A stretch of DNA of 64,000 nucleotides, taken from Schizochytrium sp. TIO01 (taxonomy: Eukaryota > Protista > Bigyra: Labyrinthulomycetes). The stretch is from assembly GCA_004764695.1 (NCBI GenBank), contig SMSO01000007.1, positions 1,619,270 to 1,683,269 on the forward strand, read 5' to 3'. Both the position numbers and the translations under genes were made by a program. Of this stretch, positions 59,622 to 64,000 are shown one piece after another. A model generated the notes under the pieces. It saw nothing but the letters and a program-made list of their open reading frames with translations. It was not told the DNA's origin and did not search any database. Numbering within the stretch: the first letter of the stretch is position 1; every line of letters starts with the position of its first letter.

Positions 59622-62600
59622 TTAAATGCAAAATAAAAGATCTTCGATGTCTCCTGTTGAGGAGCTCGTGCCACTGCTTTGACTCTGACTTTCCATTCCC
59701 GTTGATATGGTAGATCTACTTGGTGCACGATTGCGCCGTATGTTATGCTGGCTTTTTGGACCAAATCGTGCAGTTATCTTATTGATTGCAACCAGCTGTA
59801 GGTGTTCGATCTCCTCGCGTTGAAGCTTCAGGTGAGGGAATTTGTTTGACAAACGATTAGAGAAATGAATTCGAATCATCTCAATGAAAACAGGTGATCG
59901 AAATTCTCGGAATCTTGGTTTTTCGGTGATATTATCCACATAGCTACGCAAATGAGGAAAGTTTCGATCCAAGATTGAGAATTTGTGTTCAGCCTCTATG
60001 CAGTCCTCAATGAAGCGAAGTTCTGAGAAAACGAGAATATCAGTCATGCCTAAGTCAGAACCGCATAAATAAGGGCCCGCTCCCTGTGACTCCTCCTCGG
60101 CTAGCATATCATCAAGGAGGCGAAGAATAGACTCTAGCTGCGCCAAATGGTACTTGTTGTTTTCTGGTGCTTCAGACATGCTACCAAATTCCTTCACGCG
60201 AATTTTCACTAGAGCTTCCCGCTCATTGCTTTTTACTAGGTCAGTCACTTGCAATGGACTATGTTCTGGATCTTCGGCGTCTCCATAGAATTTTGCAGTG
60301 AATAAAATTAAAAATGGCTCAGGATAATCAGGCATCGTACTCGTGAATGAATCCAAGCGTTCAAAATGAGCAAGCCAGGACGACACAGCTGGGAAGCCCT
60401 CCGAAGTAATGTTAAAATCATGGAACCAACTACAGCATACCTTTACTGTTCGCCAGATGGAGCAAACAAGTACAATATCGTTTACAGAGCAAGTGAATCC
60501 ATGCAGAAATGGGCCCGGAGTATTCCGAAGTTGATTCTCAATGCCTCCTAAAAGACTCTTGAGAGCACCATACTTTGAAGAGCGCTCAGGGTCATTTGTT
60601 TTGGCTTTGAGATAGGCCTCGCAAATCTCATTGCTGGCATTGAACAAATTCATCTCTGATAGATCGGCTAGAGAATCCATACTACCAATATGCAAGGGAG
60701 TATCAAGAGGGCCATATAATTGCGGGTGAAGTTGACGAAGGACATTCAGAATCATCTGTGACTCACTCGTCCATAAGCCATTCCAGTAAATGCTTGGACA
60801 CATTCCATTCGAAGTAGCAGTAAACCACTCTGGCTTGTCGAGTAGGTCAATTTTGATGGTCTTAAAAGGTATACAGGCCTCTGCCGCAACCATCTCAACA
60901 ACACGTGAATAGGGGCATACCTTTACTAGAAACTCACCGCGATGTACGCAACCAACCGCTAAGTAAATGGTGTTCATTTCAAAGGGCGGGCCAGATACAC
61001 CACCTTGCACAGAGATCGAGCCATCACTTGCCACACGCACACTGTCATGACCATAGCTTGCAATAATTCGATGGATCATTGCAGCTTCAGCCTCAAGACG
61101 CTCTTGAGTCACCTGGCAGCGTAGTGGTTGCCAATCTGGATACTCTTTGGCAAAGTTTTCGCAGGCTATTAGCACAAGAAAGGTCTCAGCTCCTTCATGT
61201 TCGTAAGAGGCTTGCATGGAAGGTGTTCGCATCATTGCGTGGATGTAGCGTTCCAAACGTCCAAGCCCGTACTTTTTTAGTGAGAAACCATCCATCGGTC
61301 GTAAGATATAGTGCACGAAAAACAAAAGCTGTGGCGCAAGAATGAAGTCATCTAGACCTGCTTGAGTGTCACCAGAGAGGAACGGATGCCACGAAAAGCC
61401 ATCAACTTTGCACCCTGCCTGATATTCTTCAAGCAATTTATCCAAAGGCTTTAATACTTTCAGAACTCGAGACAGTCTTTCCATATCAACAGCATCACGC
61501 TGCGGTTCGGCACCTGTGCCATCTGGGCGCATCATGTAGCTATACACAGATAATTTAATTTCCTCACTAAGTGCAAGACACTCATCAAACGAATGATGTT
61601 GGGGCAGCTTCTCTGACTCTTTAGGATAGAGCTCGTACAGTAAACGTAATACTGCATTTGCGCCTATGGTAACACGCTCTTGAGGACCGGGCCCAAGCAT
61701 CATAGGGAGCTGGTCTGGCCGAACCCAATCCGGGCAATCCTCCACATCAACTAGAACAATTTCATAAGAAACCCCGAGAGCCCGTAAGAGAACTTCAATC
61801 TTTTGTGACGACGGACATGAACGTGCCAAACGATCCCCACGATGCTTGACACTCACGCAAAGATGCACTTGGTCACCGTCGCACCGGGGTCTTACCTTGA
61901 CTTTTCGATCACGCTTTAGTTTACAGTATGTGGTACGTTGACCAGGTGCATCCCGGCTCTTGTTCAAAATATCACCTGTGCCCTTACCATGCAAGTTAAC
62001 AATAACCTTACCGCGTGTTTCCTCTGGATTCATTTCAAGCATCTCTTGAACTTGCTCACGGGTAGCAAAAGCAAGCAAGTGCGCATGGCGCTCTAGAGCA
62101 TCAAAGAATGCCCACGTTGACACAGGAAGATTGTGTGGACGATTCAGGCGTTCAGCTTGTTCGCTAAATTTATGATGCAGATAGCGCATGATGTCACGCG
62201 AATTAGAGGTCCATTTGTTTTCAAAGAACACAGCAGGTGTTCGCGCAGACGGAACCGCATCTGTAAACCACGCAGGTTTGTTGTCCCAATCTATGTCAAT
62301 GATTTGGTACGGGATACCTGCTTCCATGATGAACATGGTGACCACCCGAGAATATGGGCATAACCGAACTAAATAATTCTTTACTCGCACACAGCCATAA
62401 CAAATGTAGACAACATTAGCAAGAGGCTCAGCTGGCAGAGAAGTTTGCACTAAGGCTCGTGATGTGTCATTGCGAAGCTCTTCCTTGCGTTTGCGCCGCC
62501 GTCTCCTAGAGTGAGAGGCGACACCACTCCAAAGCTTATCTCGAGCTTGTTCTGAGTCACTTGCCTCGGACTCAGAGGGGATATCAGAATCCCCGCTTGC

Positions 62601-63980
62601 ATCAGCAAGCGCCTCCATTAATTCTTCATGGGTAATACCTACAGCAGCCTGCACAGCGTCGAATTTGTCAAAGTTGGCGCGAATGCCTTTCCCGCCAGCC
62701 CGCCTTTCCATCATATCGCCAAAAAGAATACCTCCAAGTTCTAGGTCTATTCCTTTATATTGTGTTGTACAAACAAGCATATCATTATAGACAGAGTCAT
62801 GCCCCACAAAGCTGACACTTAAAACAATATTCGCCATTTCATCTGGATCAAGTAAAAATCTTCGCAATGGTGACTTTTGATCAATTTCATGAATAATAGT
62901 AGCCACAGCCGTAATGGTTGGGGGGAAGCTTGCTTGTAAATTCTCGTAGCTCACAAAATGTTCTCCCTCCTCGGTGTCGTGAAATCGTAATAACGCTACT
63001 GCCACACGGGTCTCGTAAACAAGGTTGACACGTCGATTACCTACACGAATTAACAGTGTAGGCTTCCCATCACGGGTTGTAACGAGAGCCTTCTTGCTAA
63101 AAACGATGTCTGGTTTAGGAATCTGAAATTTTGATACAACAACAGACAAAACAATCACATTGAGCATAAGACCAGTAAACTGTTGAGCGCAGGCAAGTGT
63201 ATAACAGCCGTACGAACTCGGGAGACAAGGCCCATAGCCAAGTGTTAGTACATTGCTTGTTGCATAGACAGCAGCAATTCCCAGAGTGCCTTGTAGGAAC
63301 GTATCCATTCCTGATTGGCACTCAATACTATTTGCAATAGGCCAAGTGAGTAGTGACCAAAAAAAGCAAGTAATTACATACGAGAGCAAAGACAAGAAAA
63401 ATACAAAGGCCCAACTCCAGTCCAAGAGTACATAATACCAGTTTTTGGCCTCATACCACTTTGACGACCCTGTCCCATGCAGAGCAGATCGTTTCTTGCG
63501 TTTTCCTGATTCAATTTGATCTGGCGCATACCGGCGCTGGGTGTATGAATGTTTATTCTTACGTCGCAGGCGTTCGACACGAAATCGTCGCCATTCGCTC
63601 AAGGAGAGCCCCATGTGATGAGTCTGAAGTCTAGGCATGCGACACTCTTTGCATACATCTTCATCGTTGTGCCGGTGGAAGTGAGAACCAAACCTGGTCT
63701 TATTCCTGCGCCTTAAGCCGGTTTCCTCGTTATGAGTACTCATTTCACTTGCAGATCTAGGTAGGCTGCCCATGGAATTCCTTCGAGTGTTCGGTCCCAG
63801 TGGAAGTTCGCCACTCTCGACAATCATGGCATTCTCCTTGGGATTTTCCGGCTCCTCATCGCTTGATGGTGTGTTACCCATCTGTACTTCATCTGGCGTG
63901 TACACGCACGTTTGCAATGCCGAAATGGGTTCATTTGCGTGCTCACCCCCAGAAGTTGCATTTGACTTCGATCCTGGCAT
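59622..63980 (-). CDS. Inward-rectifier K+ channel (Kir) fused to tandem CLIC/DHAR/omega-like glutathione-transferase domains
   Basis: Kir part: WYYVLLDWSW, M1, filter TLGYG (63231-63245), M2 QQFTGLMLNVIVLSVVVSKFQIPK, IVFSKKALVTTRDGKPTLLIRVGNRR, IIHEIDQKSPL. GST N-domains CPYS (62349-62360), CPSS (61806-61817), CPYS (60906-60917). GST C-domain motifs PFLSG...DDFILAPQL, GPFLHG..SVNDI and GPYLCG..GMTDI. The frame stays open upstream of ATG 63980 to the window edge. Confidence 0.9.
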   Translation of the reverse strand: MPGSKSNATSGGEHANEPISALQTCVYTPDEVQMGNTPSSDEEPENPKENAMIVESGELPLGPNTRRNSMGSLPRSASEMSTHNEETGLRRRNKTRFGSHFHRHNDEDVCKECRMPRLQTHHMGLSLSEWRRFRVERLRRKNKHSYTQRRYAPDQIESGKRKKRSALHGTGSSKWYEAKNWYYVLLDWSWAFVFFLSLLSYVITCFFWSLLTWPIANSIECQSGMDTFLQGTLGIAAVYATSNVLTLGYGPCLPSSYGCYTLACAQQFTGLMLNVIVLSVVVSKFQIPKPDIVFSKKALVTTRDGKPTLLIRVGNRRVNLVYETRVAVALLRFHDTEEGEHFVSYENLQASFPPTITAVATIIHEIDQKSPLRRFLLDPDEMANIVLSVSFVGHDSVYNDMLVCTTQYKGIDLELGGILFGDMMERRAGGKGIRANFDKFDAVQAAVGITHEELMEALADASGDSDIPSESEASDSEQARDKLWSGVASHSRRRRRKRKEELRNDTSRALVQTSLPAEPLANVVYICYGCVRVKNYLVRLCPYSRVVTMFIMEAGIPYQIIDIDWDNKPAWFTDAVPSARTPAVFFENKWTSNSRDIMRYLHHKFSEQAERLNRPHNLPVSTWAFFDALERHAHLLAFATREQVQEMLEMNPEETRGKVIVNLHGKGTGDILNKSRDAPGQRTTYCKLKRDRKVKVRPRCDGDQVHLCVSVKHRGDRLARSCPSSQKIEVLLRALGVSYEIVLVDVEDCPDWVRPDQLPMMLGPGPQERVTIGANAVLRLLYELYPKESEKLPQHHSFDECLALSEEIKLSVYSYMMRPDGTGAEPQRDAVDMERLSRVLKVLKPLDKLLEEYQAGCKVDGFSWHPFLSGDTQAGLDDFILAPQLLFFVHYILRPMDGFSLKKYGLGRLERYIHAMMRTPSMQASYEHEGAETFLVLIACENFAKEYPDWQPLRCQVTQERLEAEAAMIHRIIASYGHDSVRVASDGSISVQGGVSGPPFEMNTIYLAVGCVHRGEFLVKVCPYSRVVEMVAAEACIPFKTIKIDLLDKPEWFTATSNGMCPSIYWNGLWTSESQMILNVLRQLHPQLYGPLDTPLHIGSMDSLADLSEMNLFNASNEICEAYLKAKTNDPERSSKYGALKSLLGGIENQLRNTPGPFLHGFTCSVNDIVLVCSIWRTVKVCCSWFHDFNITSEGFPAVSSWLAHFERLDSFTSTMPDYPEPFLILFTAKFYGDAEDPEHSPLQVTDLVKSNEREALVKIRVKEFGSMSEAPENNKYHLAQLESILRLLDDMLAEEESQGAGPYLCGSDLGMTDILVFSELRFIEDCIEAEHKFSILDRNFPHLRSYVDNITEKPRFREFRSPVFIEMIRIHFSNRLSNKFPHLKLQREEIEHLQLVAINKITARFGPKSQHNIRRNRAPSRSTISTGMESQSQSSGTSSSTGDIEDLLFCI

Positions 63981-64000
63981 CGTTCCAGACTCAACATCGT

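Overview
Intron-poor eukaryotic DNA with single- or few-exon genes, GT-AG introns and microsatellite-rich intergenic spacers. The gene style suggests a stramenopile protist such as a thraustochytrid/labyrinthulomycete; this is inference, not proven. About 18 protein-coding genes, in order: a partial LRR gene, an SGNH hydrolase, a DEP-domain/polycystin(TRPP)-like channel, a spliced SWSAP1-like ATPase head-to-head with MRE11, a giant C2/Tudor/multi-EF-hand protein, a HIT/DcpS-like protein, TAF8, an unknown membrane protein, type II pantothenate kinase, VIT1/CCC1, a 2OG-Fe(II) dioxygenase, a Sec66/Sec71-like protein and an AT-hook/polyQ/Tudor protein. An ~8 kb non-coding microsatellite-rich region follows, then an ABCB1-like P-glycoprotein (frame break in the linker, Cys-rich loop insertion), two tandem glyoxalase/VOC-fold genes and a large channel fusion. 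The most striking feature is that fusion (59.6-64.0 kb): an inward-rectifier K+ channel joined to three tandem CLIC/DHAR/omega-type GST domains, each with a CPxS cysteine. It sits beside the two glyoxalase-like genes and the ABCB pump, which suggests (hypothesis only) a glutathione/redox-gated K+ channel and electrophile-detoxification module analogous to bacterial glyoxalase-KefB/C. All calls are from motif recognition; no database searches were run. No rRNA, tRNA or CRISPR array was recognised.
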